From the NCBI GenBank assembly GCA_009859145.1, contig VRVR01000002.1, positions 161,274 through 225,273 of the forward strand: a DNA stretch of 64,000 nucleotides, read 5' to 3'. The position numbers and the translations under genes were made by a program. This DNA comes from Andalucia godoyi And28 (lineage: Eukaryota > Protista > Jakobida). A model generated the notes under the pieces. The model did no database searches. It saw only the letters and a program-made list of their open reading frames with translations, and was not told the DNA's origin. The first letter of the stretch is position 1. Every line of letters starts with the position of its first letter. This document shows positions 1 through 10,293 of the stretch, in pieces.

Positions 1-67
<67 letters not shown>
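1..67. repeat. (GTA)n followed by (GA)n microsatellite
   Basis: Directly visible: GTA x11, then a GA run to position 67. Confidence 0.95.
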
Positions 68-70
<3 letters not shown>

Positions 71-375
71 ATGGAAAACGGAATCCAGTTTGTCTGCGGA
101 TGATGATCATCGTTGTCGCCGGCGTTGCAGTCGATTATCCGATTTTTTTGAGTCCCTTTCCTCTACTCTATATTAATTATTTTTTTTGACCTCGCTCATG
201 AAATCGGGAGGGGAGAATATCGGTTCTGTTTTGGTTTTTACGACCGATCAGTCTTTTTTTTTTTACGGTACATATTTTTTTTTAAAGTCTGCTTGGACCG
301 GAGTTGTGATTCGCTCTTTTGCGCTGCTCCGACGATCTATCTCGCGGAAACGGCGCATGCTTTTGTGCATCAACG

Positions 376-475
376 CCTACATTATACACTGAACATGCAT
401 ATCCACGAATAGACATGCATATTCAATCTTGCATCCCGTTGCCGGGAAGGGGATAGGCCCCAACACGCCTCACGT
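376..475 (-). ncRNA. Putative omega-RNA scaffold of copy A
   Basis: Same TCCCG-GCAA-CGGGA GNRA hairpin and 15-bp hairpin as copy B; runs to the element right end. Confidence 0.5.
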
Positions 476-719
476 TGTTCCTGAGAACGGTGCATTTTGA
501 TTCTGACGGCCCTAGCAGCAGGCGTAGTGACACGTGGTCTCTTAGGAGGTCTGCGGGACCTAGGAGGCCCTGTATCGAGCGGCGTAGGCGTAGGCATAGG
601 CGAATGCGTCATCCCAGCGCACTCACACCCATGTTTGAATTAAAAACGTGAAACCAAAAAACGACCGTGTCTGTTTATGGATACTTCCGTATGCATGACA
701 ATGTCGTGTCATTATTCAA
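376..719 (-). mobile_element. Non-autonomous Fanzor2/TnpB-type ghost element, short copy (A)
   Basis: The reverse complement aligns end to end with 61406-61956 (about 95% identity in the aligned core by manual count: 11 substitutions in about 230 nt), with two extra internal deletions. It encodes MTHSPMPTPTPLDTGPPRSRRPPKRPRVTTPAARAVRIKMHRSQEQR (NLS-like segment + TnpB/Fanzor N-terminal RxYPxxEQ-like motif). Left junction CCG|TTGAATAAT, right junction ATGTAGG|CG. Confidence 0.72.
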
Positions 720-1440
720 CGGTGAACACCAAGCAATACGGTTCACTTTTTTTTCTTTCTATTATTTTCTTTCTGCTTGTTTGTTATAATTGGTCCCTCA
801 AACAACACCTTTCATCAGAGGCAAAGACAAAACACGTCTGATGGCTCCAAAGAGGGATCTTCCCGCCAAACTCAAACCGGTCATGCCCAAAGACGCTGAG
901 AACCAAGAAACCATTGATCCCCTGTCGGTGGAGGCGGAGAGCAAGAAGAAGCGATGACCCTTTTTTGATGCAGAGCAATCTGCATTAGGGAGTTGGTGCT
1001 CGCCGCAATTGAAAACACGGGGCTTGAGATCCTGTCTTCGGGGACAGCTTAGCCCGATGATCGATAATGATTCATGCTCTGGCGAGCAACAAGCCGTTGG
1101 CGACTGTTGAACTGTTTCTTAACGTGTTTTATTTCGTTTTCACCGTCTTTGACAAGATGCTTGAAACCCAAACGTAGGATCCGATTAGAACTAAATAACA
1201 GTGCTGGGGCCTGTCCCTTAGATGATTGATCCGAAGGATCGATTGTCAGACAACAACATTGCAATTTGTACCCGTATTAGAGCCAATCCGTTCATTGATG
1301 CAGTCTATCGCTGGCATCGAAAATGAAAAACAGTAATAAAAAGAGTACTGGTCAGTAGAGTAGATTGGGAACCAAAAAAAAATAAAAAATGCAAGAGAGG
1401 CACTTGATTTCAAAGGCATTTACAAAACAAAAGAGGTACT

Positions 1441-3126
1441 CTAAACGGTTTCAGGAGCAGGGACAAGGGCCATTCGGCTCAGAATGCCTGCTCGCAATTG
1501 TTCGCCACGGCTATTTAATTGGTCAGGATCAATGTCGTAGTATCCATCGTCATCCTCGTCATCTTCGTCATCATCGTCCTCCTCGTCCTCCTCGTCCTCC
1601 TCGTCATCCTCAACTCCGTCGTCATCATCGTCGTCGTCGTCGTCGTCGTCATCCTCTTCATCGTCGTCGGCATCATCCTGAAGATCTGCAAAATCCGACT
1701 TTCCATCGGAAGGATACAGTCCCGACGCCGGCCCGGGAACCCCCGAGACGATGATATCAACAGTCGCTAATCCACCTTCGTCATCGACATCGTCGACATT
1801 GACTGGTGTTCTGCGAGGCAAGGACTGTGGATGGAACGACGTGGCAAAGACGTTTGAAGAAGGGGATAGGAAACCTGATGGCGATTCGGATTGGCCCGAA
1901 ACAAGGGCAACATGTAGATCATTCTGCCATCGAATGACATCGACAAGCTGGTCTTCCAAATCCTGGCGATTGATCCAAAACGCGACATCGGAAAACAGCG
2001 CAAGAAGAGGCCGCAGGTCTTGCATCCACGCAGAAAACATGAATCCTGCCTCCGGCTCGACAAGAAACATGAGACTTGTTACATTATCAATAAGCAGCTC
2101 GCCACGTCGAATGAGCTGAGACTGCGATTCCGTCGGAACCGGAGCATCCACGGCATCTGGATCGGTCCACGTGATTTCTTCGAGCTGAGAGAACTCGCCA
2201 ATCTGGGCCTTGTTTGGCTTCAGCGATCGCACGGCTCGCATGACAACGCTTCGTGGAAGAAGGATTCGTCGCGAAACCAGATCTTGCAGAAAAATGTGCA
2301 GCTGATCCGCCATCTTGTTCTTTGCGAAAAACACGACAAACGGCACGCACAGTTCGCGTGTTATGGAGACGCCACTGGCCTTGGCTGCATCCAACACATC
2401 CATGGCCGTCTGCACCGAGTCTTTCACCAAAAATGCCGAGATTAGTTCAGAGTACAAGTAAATGTCAAAAGGAATGTGCCGTTTCTGCGCAATGCGAAAA
2501 ATCATCTTGGAAGATTCAACGTACGATCGGTCAAGCGCAAACGACAGCAACGCAAGCACAGATCCATAGCTGATATGGCGCCCTGCCGCATCCAAATCTC
2601 TTAGAACGCGAAACGCCTCATCAAACCTTTTCTCATCTCGCACGAGCGAAGCAACCAGCTTGTTCGCTTGTTGATCATCAAGTCCGTCAATCAACGCCCA
2701 CGATGAAAGCGGGCTCGAGGAGGAATCTCCAAAACTGCGAATGCTGCAATCCACACCATCAACACCATCCACAGATCTCGCAATCATGACACTACCGCCA
2801 CTTCCATTGTGATTGCTGTCAGAAACGGTCGCGCTTTTCTGATCAGCATTCGCAGCACCGCGTTCGATGGGGACTGAGGTGCCTGCGCCCCCTTTTGCGT
2901 CCGTTGTTGCGTAGAATCTACAGTTCATGGTCCGGGGCAAGACAAGAGACGGCGCTGGGGACCAACTGTGGAGTGACAAGGAGGAATGCGTTGTGGAAAA
3001 CAGGCGAGACGCAAAACCCCCTCTCTTGCTGCTGCTCCCTTGGACCGCCAAACCAGTGTGTGAGACCCACGACTTGGAAGCCTTTGAGAGTCGGCCAACC
3101 TCCCGGATCCATGATGCACGTAACAT
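1441..3126 (-). CDS. Mitochondrial-targeted PPR-like protein with long acidic C-terminal tract
   Basis: 561-aa ORF. Arg/Ser-rich N-terminus (MLRASWIREVGRLSKASK...RFYATT), 35-aa PPR-like helical repeats (FDIYLYSELISAFLVKDSVQTAMDVLDAAKASGVSI), poly-D/E tail. Confidence 0.65.
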   Translation of the reverse strand: MLRASWIREVGRLSKASKSWVSHTGLAVQGSSSKRGGFASRLFSTTHSSLSLHSWSPAPSLVLPRTMNCRFYATTDAKGGAGTSVPIERGAANADQKSATVSDSNHNGSGGSVMIARSVDGVDGVDCSIRSFGDSSSSPLSSWALIDGLDDQQANKLVASLVRDEKRFDEAFRVLRDLDAAGRHISYGSVLALLSFALDRSYVESSKMIFRIAQKRHIPFDIYLYSELISAFLVKDSVQTAMDVLDAAKASGVSITRELCVPFVVFFAKNKMADQLHIFLQDLVSRRILLPRSVVMRAVRSLKPNKAQIGEFSQLEEITWTDPDAVDAPVPTESQSQLIRRGELLIDNVTSLMFLVEPEAGFMFSAWMQDLRPLLALFSDVAFWINRQDLEDQLVDVIRWQNDLHVALVSGQSESPSGFLSPSSNVFATSFHPQSLPRRTPVNVDDVDDEGGLATVDIIVSGVPGPASGLYPSDGKSDFADLQDDADDDEEDDDDDDDDDDDDGVEDDEEDEEDEEDDDDEDDEDDDGYYDIDPDQLNSRGEQLRAGILSRMALVPAPETV

Positions 3127-3749
3127 TCTCTATTCTTCTTTATCTATTCCCGTCCGTCTTTGTCCTTTTGCCGTTTCTGCTGAATTGAACATTTCCACGG
3201 CTTTTTCCTGAACGCTTTGTTGCACAGCGCCTATTTTATGATGGCAAAACATACAGCAGACAGCGAGTAGACACTGATCGACAATCGACATCCATTAATA
3301 ACTACCACAGAGAAGAAAAGAGAAGGGACTTTTCAAATGAGCGCCCCCAAAGGAGGTTCCAGTAAAAACTTAATAAATAAATCAAAAAAAACAAAACAAG
3401 TGAAGCTCTGTTGTTAACGGACGTTCCTGGTTTTCTGATTGGGCAGTGTTGATAGTTGTGCATTTCAAAGGTGCGGAAAATCCACAGGCCGATTCGGGTG
3501 TTTGAGAGCGTTCGGTCAAGTGCATGATTGTATGGTTTCCCTCTCTCGTTGTCTTTTCAGTGTTGGGTGCGTGAATGAAACACACTGTACATATATATAT
3601 ATATATATATACTAAATGAGAGAAATGGGAAACATAACACGTGATCGCTTTGAGGAAAAATCAATGCTGGTTTAGGGAGCATTGCCTTCGATTTTCACAG
3701 GAGTGACACTGGCCTCCGATGCAATAAGTATGAAACAGAAAAGGAACCT

Positions 3750-3784
<35 letters not shown>

Positions 3785-3787
3785 GAT

Positions 3788-4612
3788 ATGTATTTAATCA
3801 GAATTGTTTTGTATTCTTATTTTCCTGGGCGTATTGCATTGTGTGCGTCGTTTCCCATTTGCGTCGTAGATTATCTTTCTCGAAATGTCATTGATCTTGC
3901 GCAAGTCCAGTTTGGAACTCGGATCACAGATGCGCGTACCGCCAGCTGTCCAGACCATCCGCCGGAAAACATGCTGCGAGCGAATCGTGCACTGACATGG
4001 AAATCCATTCAGACTCCGGAGTACCCGATCGAAATCACCTTGGAACTGCCGCTGCAGTCCAGTGTACGCAGAATTGTGATCGAGTTTGGTACAGAAGATG
4101 TTCCCGAAGACCTTGAGATTTGGGTCTCTGATCATATTCCCCTTCCAACCAAGAATGTATCCAGAGATCCAGGCGGTGCTGGTAGTGCCGATAAGGGCAG
4201 CAGCAGAAGTGGCAGTCGTGACAGCAGCCCTGACGCGAAGAGCGGGGCAAGCAAGGAAAAGCCAAGCCCTGCGTCCACGAAATCGAGTGTGCAGCCACCG
4301 CAAAAGCAAGAGTTGGAGAATAATGATAATGCAGGTTTCTACAAGATCGCGACGCTGCAGCCGTCCAGCATATCTCCTGGAAAGCCACTCATTTTGGAAC
4401 TTTCGGAGCCGCTATTTGTTTCCAGATTTCGACTGCGTATCTTGTCAGGGAATGTGAAATCAGGGCGCGCTGCTGTCCAGCGATTTTCGGCTTTTGGTAC
4501 TCCTGCACTGACTGTCGACAATGTGAAGTCTGTTGCCGACATTCGCACGGTGCTGGCATTAGTGGACGCTGTCAAGCAATCGCTGACGTACCCGATCCGA
4601 TCCAGGATCTGA
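3788..4612 (+). CDS. Galactose-binding-like/discoidin domain protein, IFT25 (HSPB11)-like; true start probably in upstream short exon(s)
   Basis: VIDLAQVQFGTRI...SCPDHPPENML...WKS and RFRLRILSG...AAVQRFSAFG resemble IFT25 (HPPENI...W; LRFII...ASVHSVSAEG). A likely acceptor CGTAG lies at about 3866-3870. Confidence 0.45.
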   Translation: MYLIRIVLYSYFPGRIALCASFPICVVDYLSRNVIDLAQVQFGTRITDARTASCPDHPPENMLRANRALTWKSIQTPEYPIEITLELPLQSSVRRIVIEFGTEDVPEDLEIWVSDHIPLPTKNVSRDPGGAGSADKGSSRSGSRDSSPDAKSGASKEKPSPASTKSSVQPPQKQELENNDNAGFYKIATLQPSSISPGKPLILELSEPLFVSRFRLRILSGNVKSGRAAVQRFSAFGTPALTVDNVKSVADIRTVLALVDAVKQSLTYPIRSRI

Positions 4613-4823
4613 CCTTTTTTGGCCCCAGCGACCCGTTCTCCGTTCCTGTTCATTCAAAATCCCTGCTTTTCTTGGCCGTACAAGCAGCGTGTCTTAAAAA
4701 AATCCAGACATCCTCCATTCTCCTTCTTGATTTTGTTTTTCATTGCTTTTATTCTTGGCCCGCGACTGAGTGAAGCGGGAACGGCGTAATATCTTCTCAC
4801 TTTGCTCTTGGCTCGTCACCTTT

Positions 4824-5937
4824 TCAATCCAAATCTGCAACTTCCGCCTTGTGTCGGTGTTCTTCCAGCAGCCGATCGAGGGTTGCTTTGCTGACCAGCT
4901 TGTATTGCACGACACCCGATGACTCGTCCTTTGTGATGGAGACAAACTCGAGCTTCTCAGAAGTAAGGGTGGCCGAGTCCATGGTCTTTGCCATGATCTT
5001 GATTGCGAGTTCCATTGCCTGCGCAAGATTCAGCTGATCGTTCCACTCCTGCTTCAAGATGGACTGTGCAGCCTGGTTGTTGGCGCCAATCGCGGTAGCC
5101 TTCCATGCACCATAGTTGCCTGACGGATCCGAATGATAGAGCTGGAATCCGTAATGCTTGTCCCATCCGGCATACAAAAACGACACTCCGAAAGGACGCA
5201 GACCGCCGAACTGCGTGTATCCTTGCTTCAAATCACACAGCTGTGAAATCAGAGTCTCCACGGGTATCGACTCTTGGAACGTGTGTCGATGGCGAACGGC
5301 ATGTTGCCGTGCATGGTTCACAAGAATATTCGCATCAGATGTGATTCCAGCCACAGCGCATGCAATATGATCATCAACCTTGTACATCTTTTCCGTTGCA
5401 GTATCTGCATCAAGAAGTTTGCTCAGAATCTTCTTTTCGGCAGCCAGAATCACCCCGTCCTTTGCAAGAATTCCAAGACACGCACCTGCATGGCTGATCG
5501 CCTCCATGGCGTACTCGACCTGGTATAATCGGCCTACATGCGTATGTACCTCACGTTAGTCAATTCACATTCCACATTATTATATTTGGCCACAAGCACG
5601 AATGAGAAGAACACGAAAGAACACGAAAGAACACGAAAGAAGAAGAAGAAGAAGAAGAAGAAGAAGAAGAAGAAGAAGAAGAAGAAGAAGAAGAAAAGAA
5701 TTAAAAAAAGCAGCGTCGCAACATACCTTCCGGAGAAAAGATTGTGGTTCGTGAATCATATCGCCGAGACTACAAAAATTTCAGAAAAAACAAAAGCAAA
5801 ACAACATAAAACGCCCACAGAAGAAGAGAAACGAGGAGTAAATACGTAAGCGTCGTCTACACAATCGCATAACCGAACAATCGCACAACAGCACAGCAAA
5901 AACCAAAAAGAAAACCTGACAGAGCGCTACATACCAT
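4824..5937 (-). CDS. PSMA4: 20S proteasome subunit alpha type-4 (alpha3); exons 5935-5937 (ATG only), 5727-5769, 4824-5533
   Basis: Spliced product [50 protein letters not shown] is the alpha3 signature; both introns GTATGT...TAG and the frame is consistent. Confidence 0.95.
5611..5700. repeat. (ACACGAAAGA)x3 plus (GAA)n microsatellite within PSMA4 intron 2
   Basis: Directly visible. Confidence 0.9.
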
Positions 5938-6628
5938 TTTCTTCAGAGATTGGATGTGGGATATACAAAGACGGGTCAAAAGAACAACGATAAGAGATAT
6001 ATATAATATTAAAAACGTTGGAGGAGGAAATAAAAATGAAGAAAAATCGTGAAGCAAGAAAGGCAATGACCGACATGAACCGATGACTTTGCTAAATTGC
6101 CTTCAAGTGTCGAAAAAGTCAAGTCGAGAAATTCAGATGGAGGTTTTTCCCTTAGCATCGATTGATGCTTAGTTTAGAAGAACCCCTTTCTCCTTTTTCG
6201 CCTGATTTTCATCGGGAAGCTTTCCATGATTCTTTGTTGCAATGGAAACCTCGAAGTGCACTGTTTGATTCGATGTTCGAATTGATTAGGAACATAGAGA
6301 ATACATAAGAGAGAATAGGAGAATCGTGAAAGAGAGAAAGAAAAGGCAGCTTACGAAACTCATCCACCTTACCATTTGGTCGCAATTAGAGACGGCGGAT
6401 AGAACGGACGCGCGTGTGAGAAACCTTGGCTGTCACTGAATGACTTGATTTAGCCGGTATTTTCTTCAGCAAGAATTCAATAGAGTCCTCTTATTTGGCA
6501 CCGAGATTGTTCCGATCCTACGCTCAGGAAGGATAACAACAACAGCATCAGCATCAGCAACAGCAATAATAATAATAATAATAATAGCAGCAGCAGGAAT
6601 ATCAGGAAAATAGTAGCAGTTACGGGAA

Positions 6629-8176
6629 TTGAAGGGTCTTCCGATGGCGTCGCGAACGTGCTCATGGTCTTCGGAGCCTGACGATGGTCGTGAACTTCTT
6701 GTAGACCCTGATTATGATCCGCCATTGGTGATTGTCCAAGGAACCGCCCATGCATCTTCATTATCGTCGCAATTTTCGTCGTCGTCGTCATCGAGTTCCG
6801 CTACTTCTGCGTCGAATGGGGCGTCCTTGCCGCCGAGTCCGCGAAGTCGGTCTCAGTTTGATGCTGGTCTAAATACCACGATAGCACCGATTCATTCTTT
6901 GGTGGACGACTCGAGTCATTCGCAATCTGTAGCAGTGAAACATTCGCAAAGTAATTTCGCTGGTAATGTGGTCCAAGGAAACATGCCGGGTCGAGGGGGT
7001 CAAACAAGCAGCAGTGCGGGAGACGATGGACATGTGCAGTTTGCGTCGGATCAGTCGGAACATGGACCGTCGCTTGATGAGCCAAGTGATGATCCCGGTA
7101 GCGATGTTCATGAAGACGGTGCTGCAAATCGAGGATCACTGGCATTGGCGCCGTCGTCGTCTTCCCAGCTCACACAGCACGCATGCACACAGCAAACGCC
7201 ACAATTGGGCAATGGACCGTCGGCAAAACCATCGAGTAGAACACCGTCGCCGCCCGTGCATTTGCATCGTGAGCGAACGAATCCGCCACCAAAGATTTCG
7301 GCGGCGCCGTTGTTTCCGTCGGATACGAGATCGTCGTCGCCTTCTGCAAGTCCCCGAAGACATCCATTGAGATCCGTTTCGCATTCGTCGGCGTCGCACC
7401 AGACAGTGTCTTTGCAACCAAGGATTTTTAGAACGATACAGGACGCTCTGGCTGCAGCAAACCATGGAGATACAATTCGCATCAAAGCTGGAACGTACAC
7501 AGTTCCAAACAAGATTGTGCTCATCCATGATGTTCTCGTTATTGGAGAAGGCACTGTGAAGATTTTGTCTCCAGAGCCATGTGTCATAGAAAGCTATGCG
7601 GAGAGCGCGTGTCTATCAAAGATTGAAATAGACTCGTCGCCCGAGTTTTATGCGTGGTCCCAGGCGGCAGTGTATGTACGAGAAGGGTATCTTCAGATGG
7701 AACAGTGCGCTGTTTCCGCACGCGCATGTACAGGAATCAAGATTTCCAGAGGTGCGGAGTGTCTGCTTGACCGCTGTACCGTTTCAAATTGCTCAATGCG
7801 CGGGGTGTCCGCGAAGGACTCTTCGCAACTCGTTGCGACGAAATGCCGGTTCTCGAACAATCGGTATTCAGGAGTGGCAGCGTACAATGAGTCACGAATT
7901 GAGCTACGCCAATGCAAGATTTTAAGCAATGGTATGTCTGGCATTGTGGCTTCTGAGCTTGCCGATATTGTTGTGGAGAATTGCGACCTTATCGGAAACA
8001 ACACCTTGGATGTCGATGCAGCCGATGTCACCATCCGCCACGTTTCCGTCCGTGCGATTGTCGAAGGCTGCCGCATTTCCGATTCCGGTGTCCAGCTCAA
8101 TGACCTTTCCGATGAGCGGGATTTTGAAGAGAATACATTTGGAGTGACTACAACGCGACGATGTACCATCACATAA
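6629..8176 (+). CDS. Right-handed parallel beta-helix (pectin-lyase-like) protein with Ser/Pro-rich disordered N-terminus
   Basis: 515-aa ORF. FRTIQDALAAANHGDTIRIKAGTY start motif, followed by repeated xIxxCxIxxNxxxGI beta-helix turns, as in the FBXO10/FBXO11/SHCBP1 C-termini. Confidence 0.75.
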   Translation: MKGLPMASRTCSWSSEPDDGRELLVDPDYDPPLVIVQGTAHASSLSSQFSSSSSSSSATSASNGASLPPSPRSRSQFDAGLNTTIAPIHSLVDDSSHSQSVAVKHSQSNFAGNVVQGNMPGRGGQTSSSAGDDGHVQFASDQSEHGPSLDEPSDDPGSDVHEDGAANRGSLALAPSSSSQLTQHACTQQTPQLGNGPSAKPSSRTPSPPVHLHRERTNPPPKISAAPLFPSDTRSSSPSASPRRHPLRSVSHSSASHQTVSLQPRIFRTIQDALAAANHGDTIRIKAGTYTVPNKIVLIHDVLVIGEGTVKILSPEPCVIESYAESACLSKIEIDSSPEFYAWSQAAVYVREGYLQMEQCAVSARACTGIKISRGAECLLDRCTVSNCSMRGVSAKDSSQLVATKCRFSNNRYSGVAAYNESRIELRQCKILSNGMSGIVASELADIVVENCDLIGNNTLDVDAADVTIRHVSVRAIVEGCRISDSGVQLNDLSDERDFEENTFGVTTTRRCTIT

Positions 8177-8705
8177 TCCGTGTTTGCGCTTTCACATTGG
8201 CGCAGCGTCTTCACATTCCCCGTACTTCGTTTTCTACTGTATCTTTGTCGTTTCTGGTGCTTGACTTTCCGCTGTTTGCGGTTGCGTGAATCGTATTTGA
8301 TTCCCATTTTTCCGACTCGGCTGTGAGCTACTCCTTCTGCCCTTTCTTGTACCTTTGCCCCCTCTCTCCCCCACGCACGCACGCACACACACACACACAC
8401 ACGCACGCACACACACGCATACACAAACACAAACACATGTCCAAGTTCTCTGAATGCTAGATCTCTCAATAGTTGTCCATCCATGATCCTAAGTATCTCA
8501 TTTGTACCTTTCTTTACCAAGTCTAATGAGCTCAATCAATCCATAAACAAAAACCCGCACACAAACAAGAAACTAGTGTCACGACGAATCTTTCGAAGAG
8601 ATGCGTGTCTGATTTTTCCAGATATCCTGTCGATCGTTCGTCACTCGATGCGTCTCCGTTCTTCTTATGCTTATTTCCCTCCCCCAAATTTCGTTCCGCA
8701 ACAAT

Positions 8706-9578
8706 TTACATGCCTCCCATATTGAGACCAATGCCGAATCTGTATTCATTCTTGGAGTGATTCATATCCGCCGACAACACAAAGTTTGCCGCGCCATTGA
8801 GCTTTTCCTCCAGCACTCCCTGTACTTTTCCGTCTGTGTCGATACAGCCTCTGAATCGTCCATGGAAAAATGAATACTCGTATCCGATCTTACCGTCTGC
8901 AACTCTCTTACCGGGGATGCAATTAATCTGTGCCCCAGCAGTCAGCCGGTCCCCAATGCGATGGAACCATCCTGCCTGCACGGCAAATCCCTGTGCGCCT
9001 TGCGGCTGCACCTCGACGGACCAAACAGTGTCCTTCTTCTGTTCCCATCTTGCAGCATACGCAAGCTTCGATCTGCGCTCCTCTGCATTGTACTCGCCCT
9101 CCACACCCGCAAAGACACCCTTTCCCAAATGCTGCATGTACGTCGTTCCAAACACCAGCTGCGAATTTGTCTTCAAGGTCGCGACAAAGTCAGCACCCTT
9201 CCACTCCAGTTCGGCAGCAGTAAAGTCGTTCGGTCCAGCAGCCTGGAACACTCCTTCGAGCGACAGCCCCTCGTCAAGCGGGAGCTTCGTCTGCGCAAGG
9301 ATCATTCCATTTGTGTCCATTCGCGCCATAAGCATCGATGTTGCTGTGTGATATGTCGCGCCAAACGAGTACTCGGAAGGAACTCTGGGATTTGCCGTCA
9401 TGATGATTCCGTGCGCAGTCGAGAAATCGTGCGTCGCGCTCTGCGATACACTCTTTTGAAGCTGCATTCGGAATCCCTCCAGAACTTCGGATGCTGCGGG
9501 AAACAATTGCTGGAACTCCCGTGCATGTTGCTCATACTTGAACGGAACTGGACCAGAGAACCCGGTTGAACTCGCCAT
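8706..9578 (-). CDS. TOM40: Mitochondrial outer-membrane translocase pore TOM40
   Basis: Porin-3-like beta barrel: EGFRMQLQKSVS, EYSFGATY, ELEWKGADFVATLK, GTTYMQHL, FRGCIDTDGKV..LEEKL, YRFGIGLNMG. Start at 9578 or 9584. Confidence 0.9.
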   Translation of the reverse strand: MASSTGFSGPVPFKYEQHAREFQQLFPAASEVLEGFRMQLQKSVSQSATHDFSTAHGIIMTANPRVPSEYSFGATYHTATSMLMARMDTNGMILAQTKLPLDEGLSLEGVFQAAGPNDFTAAELEWKGADFVATLKTNSQLVFGTTYMQHLGKGVFAGVEGEYNAEERRSKLAYAARWEQKKDTVWSVEVQPQGAQGFAVQAGWFHRIGDRLTAGAQINCIPGKRVADGKIGYEYSFFHGRFRGCIDTDGKVQGVLEEKLNGAANFVLSADMNHSKNEYRFGIGLNMGGM

Positions 9579-9886
9579 TTGCATCAAGAAAAGGCAGACG
9601 TGAGAGGGAGGGTGGGGAAGAAAGACTGGCACTGACACGGACACGGACAGAAAAGTACGAGGGGAGCGGGAGACGGATCGTCCACGAATCGCAAAAGAAG
9701 TAACTGGAAAACAAACGATGAAGAAGAAGAAAGAAACAAGGAAACAAGGAAAAAGAAAGGGAAAAAACCAAGATAAATTTGAAAATCCATGCTCTTTGAA
9801 GCAATGGCAAAGTGGTTTTGAGAGAGAGTCTGGAGGCCAAAGCCGAGGATTTTCGCCTTCCCATTAGGAGCATAAGCTGTTATCCA

Positions 9887-9900
9887 GCGTCACGTGATGC
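9887..9900. promoter_or_regulatory. E-box/G-box palindrome GCGTCACGTGATGC in the TOM40/IFT46 divergent promoter
   Basis: 13/14 identical to the perfect palindrome at 57675-57688 in another divergent promoter. Confidence 0.4.
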
Positions 9901-10293
9901 ATTGCGCCCCCCCCCCCCCCCCCCCCCTCCTCCTTACTCTTATCTTTATAGTATTATTATTATTATTATGAATTATTTTTTTTTGTATTTTGCACTTGAT
10001 CGTTTCAACACGGAAACAAAACCCGAAAAGCCAAAACACCCAAAACCAAAACCAAGGGTGATAATATTGGGGATTTGGGTGTCTTTCAACACCCACTTCG
10101 TTTGCTCCCGTCTCCGTTTCTCCATTTTTCATTTTCATTTTGCTTTAATTTGAAACAACATAATACAAGACCAAAAACAAAAAATTAATTTAAAAAAAGT
10201 TAGGGGAAAAGAAAAAGAAGCAAGGGGAGAAGAGGGAAGAGGGAAAACACGGAGAGACGGGGGGAGGAAAACAACAAGAAGAAAACAAGAGCC

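Noticed and set aside
382-612. 76-aa ORF in the track as a host gene
   Set aside because: It is the Fanzor N-terminal relic reading through a deletion junction into the RNA hairpin region.
5538-5849. Poly-K, poly-RE and poly-HT ORFs (also 53105-53473, 54054-54401, 9812-10153)
   Set aside because: They are translations of microsatellites in introns or spacers, with no coding signal.
6236-6249. X-box-like GTTGCAATGGAAAC
   Set aside because: Imperfect match, not next to a ciliary gene, and no similar site found upstream of the ciliary genes here.
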